Virus record (IMG/VR): IMGVR_UViG_3300031566_000154
Coordinates: 1-39,275 of that record
From: a virus
Taxonomy: Duplodnaviria; Caudoviricetes
DNA length: 39,275 nucleotides
Reading direction: 5' to 3' (one strand)
The position numbers and the translations under genes are program-made. Numbering within the stretch: position 1 is the first letter of the stretch; each line of letters opens with the position of its first letter. Shown here in pieces: positions 1 through 9,022 of the stretch. The notes below the pieces were generated by a model. That model was not told the origin of the DNA, did not search any database, and saw only the letters and a program-made list of their open reading frames with translations.

Positions 1-29
1 GCAAGGCCGCTGAGGAGTTTGCGCCTCAT
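1..29 (-). CDS. 5' end of next late gene (MRRKLLSGL..., partial)
   Basis: ATG at 29 overlaps the TGA of the upstream gene (ATGA); GGAGG upstream; runs off the window. Confidence 0.6.
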
Positions 30-1147
30 TGTGAGATTCCTCCGGTCATGTCGGGGTTGATCGGACGCGGGTAGGGCACGAAGCCCGCCGCCTCGTGGAG
101 GTCGTGGTTCTCGACGTAGCCGGTGATGGACGGGGGGCCGCTGGCCTCGCGGCTTGCCAAGGCGATGTGATAGCGGTACGTAGTGTTCGCAACGACCGCC
201 GTCAGCGTGTCGAGTAAGTCGCCAATCAGGCGTCCCGGCGCGTCGTAAATCTCACACGAGCCGGCGGTGCCTGCGCGAACCGCTGTGCAGTAGTAGGGCG
301 TGCTGAGCGTGGCGACGTAGGCATCGCTCGCACCAGTGCTCATCTCCCGCAGATTCAGGTATTGAATCGAGCCTGTGCCGCTGTAGTACCAATAGACCGT
401 TTGGCCCGTCGCGCGGTCCGCAAAGGTCCCCGCTGCATTGCTCACGCCCCAGAGGTCCGCGTGCGCCGTGAACGAGCTTGTGGCGCTTACGAAGCAGTCG
501 AAGTCGTGCGTGTAGTTGCCGAAATGACCCGCCCCAAAGTCCTTCGTGAGGTAGGCGGCTACAGAGCGGAGCATCGTATCGAAGGTGCAGCGGACGTTGC
601 CCGCCTCGCCAATGGTCAGGTCGCCGTCTGGGTCAACCTCGGCGTAGGTGCTCAGGTCTTGGTAGGGGTCGGGCAGCGGCTCGGCGGGCGCGACGGAGAG
701 GGCGTCGAGGTCAACGGGGAACGCCTTGCTGGCCTTCCATCGCCGCTTGGCTTCCTGGAACGCGCCCTTGTCGTCCTCGCCCTCCTTCGGCGGCTTGATC
801 ACCTTGTCGCGGTAAGCGCACACGGCAGCGACGATCATCTCCTGGCGCGGACGGAAGTAGGCGAGCTTCCACGCGGCGAACTCGGCGGGCTTGAGCTTGC
901 CCGCGCGCGCGAGGGCGGCCTGGGCGTTGTGGCGGAGGCGCAGGGCTTCGAGGGTCGAATAGGCGCACTCGCATCGCTCGGCGTCGGTGCGGCAGGCGGC
1001 TGGGAAGGGTAGGAGCTCGACGGAGACGGACTTCTCCAGCACGGGCGGCGGCGGAGCCTCGACCGCCGGCGGCTGCACGAGGAGCGCCGTGCTCACTGCC
1101 GCCGCCACCGCCAAGCCGATTGCCGCTGTGATGGTCCGTCGGTTCAT
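26..1147 (-). CDS. Late-operon protein with N-terminal signal/TM segment and beta-rich C-terminal domain
   Basis: ATG 1147 coupled to the upstream stop; MNRRTITAAIGLAVAAAV hydrophobic start; S/T/Y/G-rich C-terminal half. Confidence 0.7.
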   Translation of the reverse strand: MNRRTITAAIGLAVAAAVSTALLVQPPAVEAPPPPVLEKSVSVELLPFPAACRTDAERCECAYSTLEALRLRHNAQAALARAGKLKPAEFAAWKLAYFRPRQEMIVAAVCAYRDKVIKPPKEGEDDKGAFQEAKRRWKASKAFPVDLDALSVAPAEPLPDPYQDLSTYAEVDPDGDLTIGEAGNVRCTFDTMLRSVAAYLTKDFGAGHFGNYTHDFDCFVSATSSFTAHADLWGVSNAAGTFADRATGQTVYWYYSGTGSIQYLNLREMSTGASDAYVATLSTPYYCTAVRAGTAGSCEIYDAPGRLIGDLLDTLTAVVANTTYRYHIALASREASGPPSITGYVENHDLHEAAGFVPYPRPINPDMTGGISQ

Positions 1148-1299
1148 TTCAGCGAATCCTTCACGTCCTGGAGCCTGCGGCGGACCTCGGCCAGATACTC
1201 CGCGTCGGACACCTCTTGCTGGGCGCCGCGGGCGGCGAGGCGCTTGGCGAGCCAGGAGAGGGCACGGTCGAGAAGCCAAAACACGATGCGTTCGGTCAT
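1144..1299 (-). CDS. Small hypothetical protein (MTERIVFWLL...)
   Basis: ATGA coupling at both ends. Confidence 0.65.
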   Translation of the reverse strand: MTERIVFWLLDRALSWLAKRLAARGAQQEVSDAEYLAEVRRRLQDVKDSLK

Positions 1300-1475
1300 C
1301 CGTGGCACTCCCAGCGATGGTCGCGCGTGTCGTCGAGAAAGTCGGCGGTGTCGTCGGTCGTCTGGTGGCCGTTCCACCGCGCCCAGCGAATCACAAGCCA
1401 GGCGATGAACACGGAGGCGATGACGCCCGTAAGCACGTCCCAGGCCCGCCAGTTCCAGAAGCGCAGCAGCCTCAC
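1296..1475 (-). CDS. Small single-TM protein (59 aa, not in ORF track)
   Basis: Hand translation VRLLRFWNWRAWDVLTGVIASVFIAWLVIRW...; GTGA/ATGA overlaps with both neighbours. Confidence 0.65.
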   Translation of the reverse strand: MRLLRFWNWRAWDVLTGVIASVFIAWLVIRWARWNGHQTTDDTADFLDDTRDHRWECHG

Positions 1476-2056
1476 TTTAGCCCCTTGCTCTTGAGCCAGT
1501 TGGCGATTGCCGCATTGATCTTGGCCTTGAGGTCGTCCACGTCGGGCACGGCCACGGATGGGGCGGCCGGGATGGTAACGGGCGGAGACGGCGCCGCAGG
1601 TGCGGTGTGTGAGGGAGCGGACGGCGCCGGCTCCGCCACGGGAACAGGGTCGGGCGCAGGCTCAACGGCCAACCCGAGCAACTCCTTGCAGTGGCAGTCG
1701 TCCTCGGCCTTGCACTTTGCCCTATAGAACTTGAGGAGGAACTTGCCCCACTCCGACTCGGTGAGCAGGCCCGCCTGATAGTTGTTGTAGTGCGGGGAGT
1801 AACAGATGATGGGGCACGTGTCCTTGTTGTGGGGGACCAGATTCCAGATGTTGTCGTGCTGGTCGTAGCGGACGTTCAACTCGTTCTGGTCGGCCGGATT
1901 GGGCAGGAATAGCGCCCACCGTGCGATGTCCGACTCCGAGGGATTCGGGGCGAACCCGATGGGCAGGCCGGGGATGCCCTGGCAGCCGGCGCCGAACGCC
2001 ACGAGGGCGAGCAGCAGGGCGATGGCGACGAGCGTGCGCAGACGGATCGGGTTCAC
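1472..2056 (-). CDS. Predicted lipoprotein with Pro/Ala-rich linker
   Basis: GTG 2056 after GAAGGAGAAAG; basic N-terminus, hydrophobic stretch, lipobox-like FGAG-C. Confidence 0.65.
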   Translation of the reverse strand: MNPIRLRTLVAIALLLALVAFGAGCQGIPGLPIGFAPNPSESDIARWALFLPNPADQNELNVRYDQHDNIWNLVPHNKDTCPIICYSPHYNNYQAGLLTESEWGKFLLKFYRAKCKAEDDCHCKELLGLAVEPAPDPVPVAEPAPSAPSHTAPAAPSPPVTIPAAPSVAVPDVDDLKAKINAAIANWLKSKGLK

Positions 2057-2069
2057 GGTTCTTTCTCCT

Positions 2070-2273
2070 TCACTTGTGAATGACCAGGGCCAGAAGGGCA
2101 ACCACAACCGCAGTCAACATCAAGCCGACCGCCGGCCACACGATCCATTCGACGCGCTTCAGTCGGCCGTTCAGGTTCTCGAACCGGACGTCGCCGGCGG
2201 CCAGGCGCGCCAGGATGGCCTTCGTGTCGCTCCGAATCTCGGCTAGGGCACTGCGAAGGTCATCAGGACGCAC
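2070..2273 (-). CDS. Coiled-coil plus C-terminal TM protein (holin/XhlA-like topology)
   Basis: Amphipathic N-terminus then IVWPAVGLMLTAVVVALLALVI. Confidence 0.55.
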   Translation of the reverse strand: MRPDDLRSALAEIRSDTKAILARLAAGDVRFENLNGRLKRVEWIVWPAVGLMLTAVVVALLALVIHK

Positions 2274-2287
2274 TTGCTTCCCCTTTC

Positions 2288-2323
2288 AGGGCAGGCCCGG
2301 CCCGTGAGAGCCGGGCCTGCCCT
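2288..2323 (-). terminator. 14-bp GC stem-loop after the beta-helix gene
   Basis: AGGGCAGGCCCGGC / GCCGGGCCTGCCCT perfect inverted repeat; no U-tract. Confidence 0.5.
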
Positions 2324-2339
2324 CTGGGGTGGTCAGGGA

Positions 2340-3752
2340 TCAGGCGGCGGCGATCGTGGCGGCCGCGACGTGCCGGCTGAACTTGATGTACACGTCGATC
2401 GTCCCGGCCCCGTCGCAGTGGGCGCCGGTGGCCTTGACGCTGATCTTCTTGCCGCTCTCCAGAACGGCGTGTTGGTGGTTGACGGAAGCGGCGGCGAGTT
2501 CGACGGTATCGTTGGCACCGAGGTTCGCCACAGCCTCCTGGAGAAAGCCCGTCGTGCCACCATCACCATTGGCGTTGTTGGTGTAGAAGATCACGTTGGT
2601 GCCAGTGGCGAGGCCCGTCGCGTTGGTCTGCAGGATCACGTCCTCGATGGTGAGGGCGCCGCCGGAGCTGACGCCTGTCACGTCCACGCCGGTCGTGAGG
2701 ATGGCCGAGGACACGAGGGTCTTCTTGACCCAGAAGGGCTCGAGCCCCGCGGCGATCTTGGCGACGGCAGCGGCGGAAACGGCGTCGGCGCTGATCGCGT
2801 CCGCCGCGAAGGTCGTGGCCGCGATGCTGCCGGCCGGCAGTGGCCCGGCGGTAGTGGCCGGCGTCCCGACGCCCGCCTGGTCGATCGCGTCCACCTCCAG
2901 GTTGCCCAGGCACTTCATGCTGCCGGGGTCCAGGATGGTGCCCAACGTGTCGCCGTAGAGCCTGTTGTCCACGAGGAACCCCGTGGCGGCCCCGGACAAC
3001 TCGATGGCGTGCTGCCCGGTCTGGAGGTTGCTGACGATGTTGTCCTTGACCACCAGGTTCGTCAGGATGCTCGCGGAGTGGATGCCCGCGTCGTCGAAGT
3101 CGCCCTGAATCACGTTGTCCACGATCTCCACGCCGTCCTGCACGGCCCCGATCTCAATGGCGGCGTTGCAGACGCCACTCGCCACAGCGGTGATCTTGCA
3201 CCGGCGGATCTTGCACCGGTCCGCCGCGTTCGCGCCCCCGCCGTTCACGTCGATGAACACGAGGGGCTGCTTGGCGCTCGCCTCCGGGAACTCGCAGTCC
3301 TCGATCGTGAAGTCATCGGCGTTCACGTCCACCATGATGACCTGCGAGTCGATGTTGTTCGCCAGAATGAAGTTCTTGAGCGTCACGTTCGCGGCGCTCA
3401 CCGTGAGGATCGCCGCCGTCGAGGTCGAGAACGTCAGGGTGGGCCTCAGCGACCCCTCCCCCAGGCCCTCGACGGTCACACCCGCCACGTCGAGCGCCAG
3501 GAGCGTGACGGCGTTGATGGTTTCCGCGTGCCCGGGCAGGCACACGACCCGGTCGCCCCGGTTGGGGACGCACTTGGCCAGCGCCGCGGCGACGGTCAGC
3601 AGCGGGTACTGAGCGAGTTTCCCGTCGGAGGAAGCGCTGCCGATCCCGCTGTGCACGAAGAAACGCTTGCCCCGACCCGCGATCTCGGGCACCATGACCT
3701 CGATCGGGTCCACCTGCGGGTTGGGGACTGTCTGTGTGTCGAAGAGAGGCAT
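2340..3752 (-). CDS. Right-handed beta-helix (pectin lyase-like) virion-associated protein
   Basis: FFVHSGIGS..DG..PLLTVAAALAKC..GDRVVCLPGHAE start followed by parallel beta-helix-type repeats (VTLKNF, FTIEDCEF, VEIVDNVI, LVVKDNIV). Confidence 0.7.
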   Translation of the reverse strand: MPLFDTQTVPNPQVDPIEVMVPEIAGRGKRFFVHSGIGSASSDGKLAQYPLLTVAAALAKCVPNRGDRVVCLPGHAETINAVTLLALDVAGVTVEGLGEGSLRPTLTFSTSTAAILTVSAANVTLKNFILANNIDSQVIMVDVNADDFTIEDCEFPEASAKQPLVFIDVNGGGANAADRCKIRRCKITAVASGVCNAAIEIGAVQDGVEIVDNVIQGDFDDAGIHSASILTNLVVKDNIVSNLQTGQHAIELSGAATGFLVDNRLYGDTLGTILDPGSMKCLGNLEVDAIDQAGVGTPATTAGPLPAGSIAATTFAADAISADAVSAAAVAKIAAGLEPFWVKKTLVSSAILTTGVDVTGVSSGGALTIEDVILQTNATGLATGTNVIFYTNNANGDGGTTGFLQEAVANLGANDTVELAAASVNHQHAVLESGKKISVKATGAHCDGAGTIDVYIKFSRHVAAATIAAA

Positions 3753-3767
3753 CGTCTGGTTCTCCTG

Positions 3768-4181
3768 TCAGGCCTTCTCAATCTTGAGGCGCTTCGGGAC
3801 GCCGGTCCTGCGGACCTTGAAATCGTCCAGTGCGCCCTTCACAATCTCGTCGCTCGTCTCCTCCTCGAAGTCGGCCGTTTCGCGTTCGAGGTCCGCGGCC
3901 GGGCCGTCCGTGGTCTTGAACATGAAATCGTCATCGTTCCTGAATCGCCGGCGCGCGTCCCTCGACCGAAGCTCGCGCAGGATGAAGTCCCCGCTGCCGA
4001 GGTCGTAGATCGCCTTCCCGTCCACTTCGACAAAGAAGCAGTGCGCGTAGTGCTTCTGGCCGTCCGCCAGGCGCTCGAGGATCTCAAAGCGTTTCCGGCG
4101 CTGGTTCCAGATGAGCCGCAGGCGCGGGTCGAACTCGTGGAGGGTCCGTTCTACGTTCTTCGGGACTGCGACGCCGATCAT
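3768..4181 (-). CDS. Hypothetical protein downstream of the capsid gene
   Basis: ATG 4181 after AGAGGTGG-like purine run; protein-like composition. Confidence 0.65.
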   Translation of the reverse strand: MIGVAVPKNVERTLHEFDPRLRLIWNQRRKRFEILERLADGQKHYAHCFFVEVDGKAIYDLGSGDFILRELRSRDARRRFRNDDDFMFKTTDGPAADLERETADFEEETSDEIVKGALDDFKVRRTGVPKRLKIEKA

Positions 4182-4214
4182 TGGCTGGTTCCACCGGCCA
4201 CGCTTGGGGGGAGG

Positions 4215-4248
4215 CCCCCCCGGACGAGGGCCGGTTCGTCCGGGGGGG
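4215..4248 (-). terminator. 13-bp stem-loop just downstream of the capsid gene
   Basis: CCCCCCCGGACGA / TCGTCCGGGGGGG; typical post-capsid position. Confidence 0.6.
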
Positions 4249-4266
4249 GCTTGCGAGACGCGGAGG

Positions 4267-5472
4267 CTACGTCTCGGCGTTGTAGCCGCGCATCTGCCGC
4301 TTCGGGAACTCGCAGATGTGCTCGATGTCCCACAGCAGGGTCGCCTCGTACCCTGCCTTGTTGGACAGACGGCACATGATCGCGCCGTCATCGTCCATCC
4401 AGCCGAGGGGCCGGAGCTGTCCGATCATGAAGTCCGCGAGCCGGATCATGTACAACTCCTGGGACCAGATGTGCGGGTCCGGCACGATGGCGGTCCCGCG
4501 GTACTCCAGGCCCTTCCAGGTCAGCTCCATGTTGCCCTTGAGGTTGGGCATCACGTAGTGGACCTGGGTGGGGACGAGGAGCGATGCGATCTTGCGCAGC
4601 GTGGAGTGGCGGCACATCATGAGGTCGGGCGGCTCGTCCGCGATCTCGGCGATCTGGTCGTAGGCGCCGTCGATCTTGATCACGCTGATCGTGGTGAGGT
4701 CGCACTGCTGGCCCTTCCACTCCTCGTTCGCCGTGTCGTCGCGGTCGAGCCCGCCGTAGTCCTCCTTTGGCGGGTCGGTCTGCGAGACGATCCCGTGCAA
4801 CCCGTGGACGTTGTAGCCGTTGCTGCCCGCTCGGATGAAGTAGTCGCCGGCGGCGGTGCCGGCGAGCGCTGCCCCGCTGATCGTGCAGCCCGTCTTGGTC
4901 CGCGCGCTCACGGTCCGCGCGCTGGCGATGGCGGTGGTGTAGTCGGTGAGATCGATCACGTCCACCACCATGTTGTTCTGCACGAGGTGGTCGCCGCTGG
5001 GCCCCTGGTAGCCCAGGAGGGTCGTCAGCACGGTGTTGTCGTCGGCGCCCGACAGGTACGCGAGCCGCCCGGTGCCGTCGCCGAGGAGCATCGCGTCGAT
5101 CCACCGGCGCATGTTGCGGAGGGTGGACTTGATCTGCTCGTCCCACGCGCGGATCCAGGAGCCCTCCTTGCTCTTGGTCGCGTCCATGCTCTTGACGTAG
5201 ACCGTCACGCGGCCCCGCTGCTGCTTGGGGTAGAACGCGGGCTGGAGGTAGGCGGTCTTGCCAGCGGTCGGCAGGTCTGCCGTCTCCGCCCCGGCGCTCA
5301 GGCCCTCGTTCTCGCCCACGCGCGCGGGAAACACGAACTGCTTGCCCTGGATGGGCAGCACCTTCTTCTGGATCTTGCTGAGGTAGATGTGCTTCTTCGC
5401 CAGGAAGTCCAGCAGGCGCGGGCCGTACTGGTACTTCAGTACGTTGGTGAGTGTCGTCAGGTCGACAGCCAT
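4267..5472 (-). CDS. Major capsid protein
   Basis: 401 aa after portal and scaffold, strong GCAGGAG RBS, downstream hairpin, capsid-like motifs (GKQFVFPARVG, DAMLLGDGTG, GLHGIV). Confidence 0.8.
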   Translation of the reverse strand: MAVDLTTLTNVLKYQYGPRLLDFLAKKHIYLSKIQKKVLPIQGKQFVFPARVGENEGLSAGAETADLPTAGKTAYLQPAFYPKQQRGRVTVYVKSMDATKSKEGSWIRAWDEQIKSTLRNMRRWIDAMLLGDGTGRLAYLSGADDNTVLTTLLGYQGPSGDHLVQNNMVVDVIDLTDYTTAIASARTVSARTKTGCTISGAALAGTAAGDYFIRAGSNGYNVHGLHGIVSQTDPPKEDYGGLDRDDTANEEWKGQQCDLTTISVIKIDGAYDQIAEIADEPPDLMMCRHSTLRKIASLLVPTQVHYVMPNLKGNMELTWKGLEYRGTAIVPDPHIWSQELYMIRLADFMIGQLRPLGWMDDDGAIMCRLSNKAGYEATLLWDIEHICEFPKRQMRGYNAET

Positions 5473-5509
5473 CGCTTGAACTCCTGCAAGCGACGGGCTG
5501 TGCAGGGCG

Positions 5510-6307
5510 TCAGTCCTCTTGCGCTCGCGTGTGCTGGATGATCCGCTCTACGAAGCGATCATCCCCGAGGTCCATGTCCTTGAGGTCGTCGGGCATGCTT
5601 GACCCGCCGCCCTCGCCCTCGGGCCTCACGCGCCTGGATCCGCCCTCGCCACCCGTCGCGTCCTTCTTCACCGTCTTGCCGCGAGTCCGGATGTAGACGA
5701 TCCGATCGGCAACCTTCTTGACGGCCTTCGCCACGGGCGCGCGCTTCTGAGCGTCGCCGCTCGTCGCGTACGTCGTCGCGATCTCCTCAATGCAGTCCGC
5801 CAAGAAGGTCGACTCGTTCTCGTCTTCCGTATCTTCCGTGGGGAAGATTTCGGGGTGGCGCGCCATGCCTCGGATGATCTCACCCTTGAGCCGGTCCATT
5901 TCGCGCTGGACCGTGAGGTCTTGGAGGGCCTTCTTGAGGCTCCCGTGCTCCGCCTTGACATCGGCCAGCTCCTTGTGGAGCTGTTGGGCCTCCGTGAGTT
6001 CCTCGCCTTTGCCCTCTCCGCCTCTCGTTTTCGTCCCAGGGGTGTCGTCAACCAGGGTATCGAACGCGCCCCGCTCCTGGAGTTCGGTGAGCACCTTGTC
6101 CTCGACCTCCTGTTGGAGCGTCTGCCGCTCCGCCTCGAGGTCTTCGCGGGCTTGCGCCGCCTCCTGAAGCTTCGCGTTGTGCTGCCGGACCATGTCCTGC
6201 CGCATCTTCTCCATCTTCGGGTCGGGTAGCGGCTTGGTCCAGTCCAGCGTGTCGGACCCATCGCTCTGGCCGGCCTCGGTTGCAGAGCGGGTCGGGTCGT
6301 CTGCCAT
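5510..6307 (-). CDS. Capsid scaffolding protein
   Basis: Acidic coiled-coil 265 aa between portal and capsid; GAAGGAG RBS. Confidence 0.7.
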   Translation of the reverse strand: MADDPTRSATEAGQSDGSDTLDWTKPLPDPKMEKMRQDMVRQHNAKLQEAAQAREDLEAERQTLQQEVEDKVLTELQERGAFDTLVDDTPGTKTRGGEGKGEELTEAQQLHKELADVKAEHGSLKKALQDLTVQREMDRLKGEIIRGMARHPEIFPTEDTEDENESTFLADCIEEIATTYATSGDAQKRAPVAKAVKKVADRIVYIRTRGKTVKKDATGGEGGSRRVRPEGEGGGSSMPDDLKDMDLGDDRFVERIIQHTRAQED

Positions 6308-6333
6308 GTCTCACTCTCCTTCTCGCGGCTTGA

Positions 6334-6388
6334 TCCCGTGGCCTGGGGCCGGCCGCACACTGCGGCCGGAGGTACCCCAGGCCGGGGA
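6334..6388. other. Intergenic stem-loop between portal and scaffold
   Basis: GGCCTGGGG..CCGGCCGCA / TGCGGCCGG..CCCCAGGCC nested inverted repeats. Confidence 0.5.
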
Positions 6389-6393
6389 CTCAC

Positions 6394-8523
6394 CTATGGT
6401 TGCTGGGCTTGTGGCCCAGGCCGTTCTTCCTTCGGCTCCCTCGGCGTTCGCTGGGGCCCGCCGGGAGGTTTCGCTTTCGTACCGCTGCCACCGGTCGGCG
6501 TTTCCGTCTCGCCACCGCCGGTCCCCACGATCATCGTCAGCGCCAACTGCCGGGTCTGCATGAAGTGCTGGCGCTTGATCGCCAGGATGGCGGGATTGCC
6601 CGCCTGGCTCGCCGCGCTCTTGATGTCGTCGCCGTGCACCCGCAGATGAACCAGCGGGTTTTCCTCGGGCGTGATGGGCATGGGTTGCCCCCGCTCCATC
6701 ATCGCCTGCTCGTACCGCGCGTTCTGGCTGTCGAGTGACGTCGCGTCGTAGAGCGTGCCGATGTCTCCGAGGTCCAGGGCCTCCAGGATGCGGGCCAGGG
6801 CCGTGCCGCGTTCGATTGGGGGAAGGTCGGTCAGGGCCGGCCCGGCACCGGTTTGTAGCAACTCGAGAATGTGGGACCGCTGGGCCGCGACGTTCCGCCG
6901 AAGCGTGCTCCCCTCTTTCACCCGGACGTCTTGCAGGCCCGTGAAGTCGGTCTTGCGGAACTCCTGCATGTCCCACGGGGCGGTCTCGTCGCCGGCGAGG
7001 TGGACAAGCCGGTCCTCCTCGTAGTTGTCGCGCATGAGCGCCAGGCGCCGCCGGCCCATCCGGCTCAGGAGCCGTTCCTTCTCGCGGTTGGGCCGCGTGA
7101 AACCCCGTTCGTCCTGTTCCTGGACGAGCGAGATGGCGATGCCGCTCCGCAGGTCGCCCGGCGTCTGGCCCAGGGTCGCCTGGTGCACGCCGGCCAACTC
7201 CTGCATGCGGACGGGGATCGTCTTGTGGAGATCCACGACGTAGACTGGCATCTGGGTTGGCTGGGACTGCTCGGGCTTGAAGGGCCAGTTGTACTCGACG
7301 ACCTCGCCCGCGCCTTGATGCAACGCGCCCTCCGCGAGTTGCGCGTTCCTCGCGACAAGCCACTTCGGCTTCGCGTGCTTGTCCTCAATCTCCAGCACGT
7401 CGCTCAGGACCTTGTTCAGGTGCTTGTTCATCGGGCAGAGCAGGTCCAGGAAGCTCATGGGCCAGAAGCGGCCAGGCACGGCGAAGCAGCGGGCGAACTC
7501 GATCCCGAGCCCCGTGTGCCCGGGCAGGAACCCTTGCTGCTGAATGTCCTCATCCAGCTCGTCTACCCAGTCGAGGAAGATCCCGCTCCCCTCCTTGCCC
7601 GTCATTGCCACATGAATCATCGCGCCCTTCGGGTACTTCCGCCCGGGCCGAATGATCATCTCCGCGATGTAGGCTCCCTTGCAGAAGCGCTTGCCCTCCG
7701 GAGGCTCCTGGTACTGCACCCCCCGCGAGCTGTAGTAGTCCTTCAGCTTCGCCTCGGTCCAGTCATCCTCGGGGCGCCCCTCGAACTGCACCTCTTCCGC
7801 CTTCTTGGGCCAGCGTTGCTCGATGTAGGCTTTCTGCCGCCAGGGATGGTGAATCAGCCACCCGAGGTCCGCGGGCTTCGTCGCCGTCGGGTCGGGCAGG
7901 ATGAGGAACGGCGGGATCACTACATCGTGGACATCGCCCGCAGGTTCGAGGGTGACGATTGGGTTGCCCCGTTCGTCCACGATCTCGCGGCCCTTCTTGT
8001 CCCGCTTCGTCACCTCGACCATCCCCCCCATGTCTGTGTCCCAGAACGTCTTGACCGCGACGATGCCGGTGGAGAGCTGCCAGTCCACGGCCTCCTCGGT
8101 GAGCTCATCGAGGCTGTACGTGTCCCAGGCGGCGTCGAGCGCGCGTTGGGAGATTTGCGCTTTCACCCGGTCCTTCTGATCCCGCGAGCCGGTGATGACG
8201 TTCCACCGGGGGCGGTGGCCGACGAGGAGAGCGATCGCTGCTTCATGCAACCGACGGGTCCGGTTTTCCACCATCCGGACCCGCTCTTTCGGTACGCGAT
8301 CGCGCAGCCGCCACTGCCCGTCCATCACGTCCCACTCAAGCCACTGGTGGCCCGCGGCGAACATGATGTTGTGCATCCAGTCCTTCTCGAACGGACGCCG
8401 GCGCTCGATCCCGTCCTTCCAGGCCTCCATGACGAGCTCGAGTAACTCACTCTCGGTGGCCGTCTTGCCCTTGGCGATCCCGAAGGCCGGGATGATCTCG
8501 CTCGTGATCGTCTGCTCGGCCAT
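6394..8523 (-). CDS. Portal protein
   Basis: About 709 aa from ATG 8523, between terminase and scaffold; FAAGHQW, ENRTRRL, GRFWPMS, ELAGVH..LG, SGIAI motifs typical of P22-like portals. Confidence 0.8.
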   Translation of the reverse strand: MAEQTITSEIIPAFGIAKGKTATESELLELVMEAWKDGIERRRPFEKDWMHNIMFAAGHQWLEWDVMDGQWRLRDRVPKERVRMVENRTRRLHEAAIALLVGHRPRWNVITGSRDQKDRVKAQISQRALDAAWDTYSLDELTEEAVDWQLSTGIVAVKTFWDTDMGGMVEVTKRDKKGREIVDERGNPIVTLEPAGDVHDVVIPPFLILPDPTATKPADLGWLIHHPWRQKAYIEQRWPKKAEEVQFEGRPEDDWTEAKLKDYYSSRGVQYQEPPEGKRFCKGAYIAEMIIRPGRKYPKGAMIHVAMTGKEGSGIFLDWVDELDEDIQQQGFLPGHTGLGIEFARCFAVPGRFWPMSFLDLLCPMNKHLNKVLSDVLEIEDKHAKPKWLVARNAQLAEGALHQGAGEVVEYNWPFKPEQSQPTQMPVYVVDLHKTIPVRMQELAGVHQATLGQTPGDLRSGIAISLVQEQDERGFTRPNREKERLLSRMGRRRLALMRDNYEEDRLVHLAGDETAPWDMQEFRKTDFTGLQDVRVKEGSTLRRNVAAQRSHILELLQTGAGPALTDLPPIERGTALARILEALDLGDIGTLYDATSLDSQNARYEQAMMERGQPMPITPEENPLVHLRVHGDDIKSAASQAGNPAILAIKRQHFMQTRQLALTMIVGTGGGETETPTGGSGTKAKPPGGPQRTPREPKEERPGPQAQQP

Positions 8524-8549
8524 CCTGTGGCCCTTTCCAAGGCGGGCGT

Positions 8550-8660
8550 GTGCGGGCAACAAAAAAACGGCGGCACGGTGATGTGGTGGCACCACCATGC
8601 CGCCGTTTGTTTCGTTCTTACGTCGGCCTGCTGTGATCAGCAGTCAGGCCGAACCCGCAC
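8550..8660 (-). ncRNA. Candidate multi-stem cis-regulatory RNA containing an intrinsic terminator
   Basis: Closing stem GTGCGGG/CCCGCAC enclosing two hairpins; 11-bp AAACGGCGGCA/TGCCGCCGTTT stem with a T-run on both strands. Confidence 0.5.
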
Positions 8661-9019
8661 TAGGCTACTTCTTCGCCCGCTGGCTCCTCCTGCAACTTCG
8701 TCTCTCTGGACTTGCCCTTGCGCTGCTTGCGGAGCGTCTCCTGTTCCGCGTACCAGAGATCCACGTCCGAGGGCGCAGGGTGCAACTTCGACTCCACCGG
8801 CCCGCCACCTGCGGGCATGTGGAACTGGACGGCGTTGATCAGATCGGTGAACGCGGCCGCGATGTCCCGCCGGCCCGTCGTCGCCGCCACCTTGAGGTGC
8901 TCGACCAGCGCCTTGTGCTCGGCCAGGCTCTCGCGCAGGAGCTCCCGTTGGTCGAAGTACGCCACGGCCAAAGCCCCGATGCCGACGAGGAACACCACGA
9001 GGATCACGATCTCAAGCAT
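8660..9019 (-). CDS. N-terminal TM protein between terminase and portal
   Basis: MLEIVILVVFLVGIGALAVAYF; starts 4 bp after the terminase stop. Confidence 0.7.
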   Translation of the reverse strand: MLEIVILVVFLVGIGALAVAYFDQRELLRESLAEHKALVEHLKVAATTGRRDIAAAFTDLINAVQFHMPAGGGPVESKLHPAPSDVDLWYAEQETLRKQRKGKSRETKLQEEPAGEEVA

Positions 9020-9022
9020 GGC

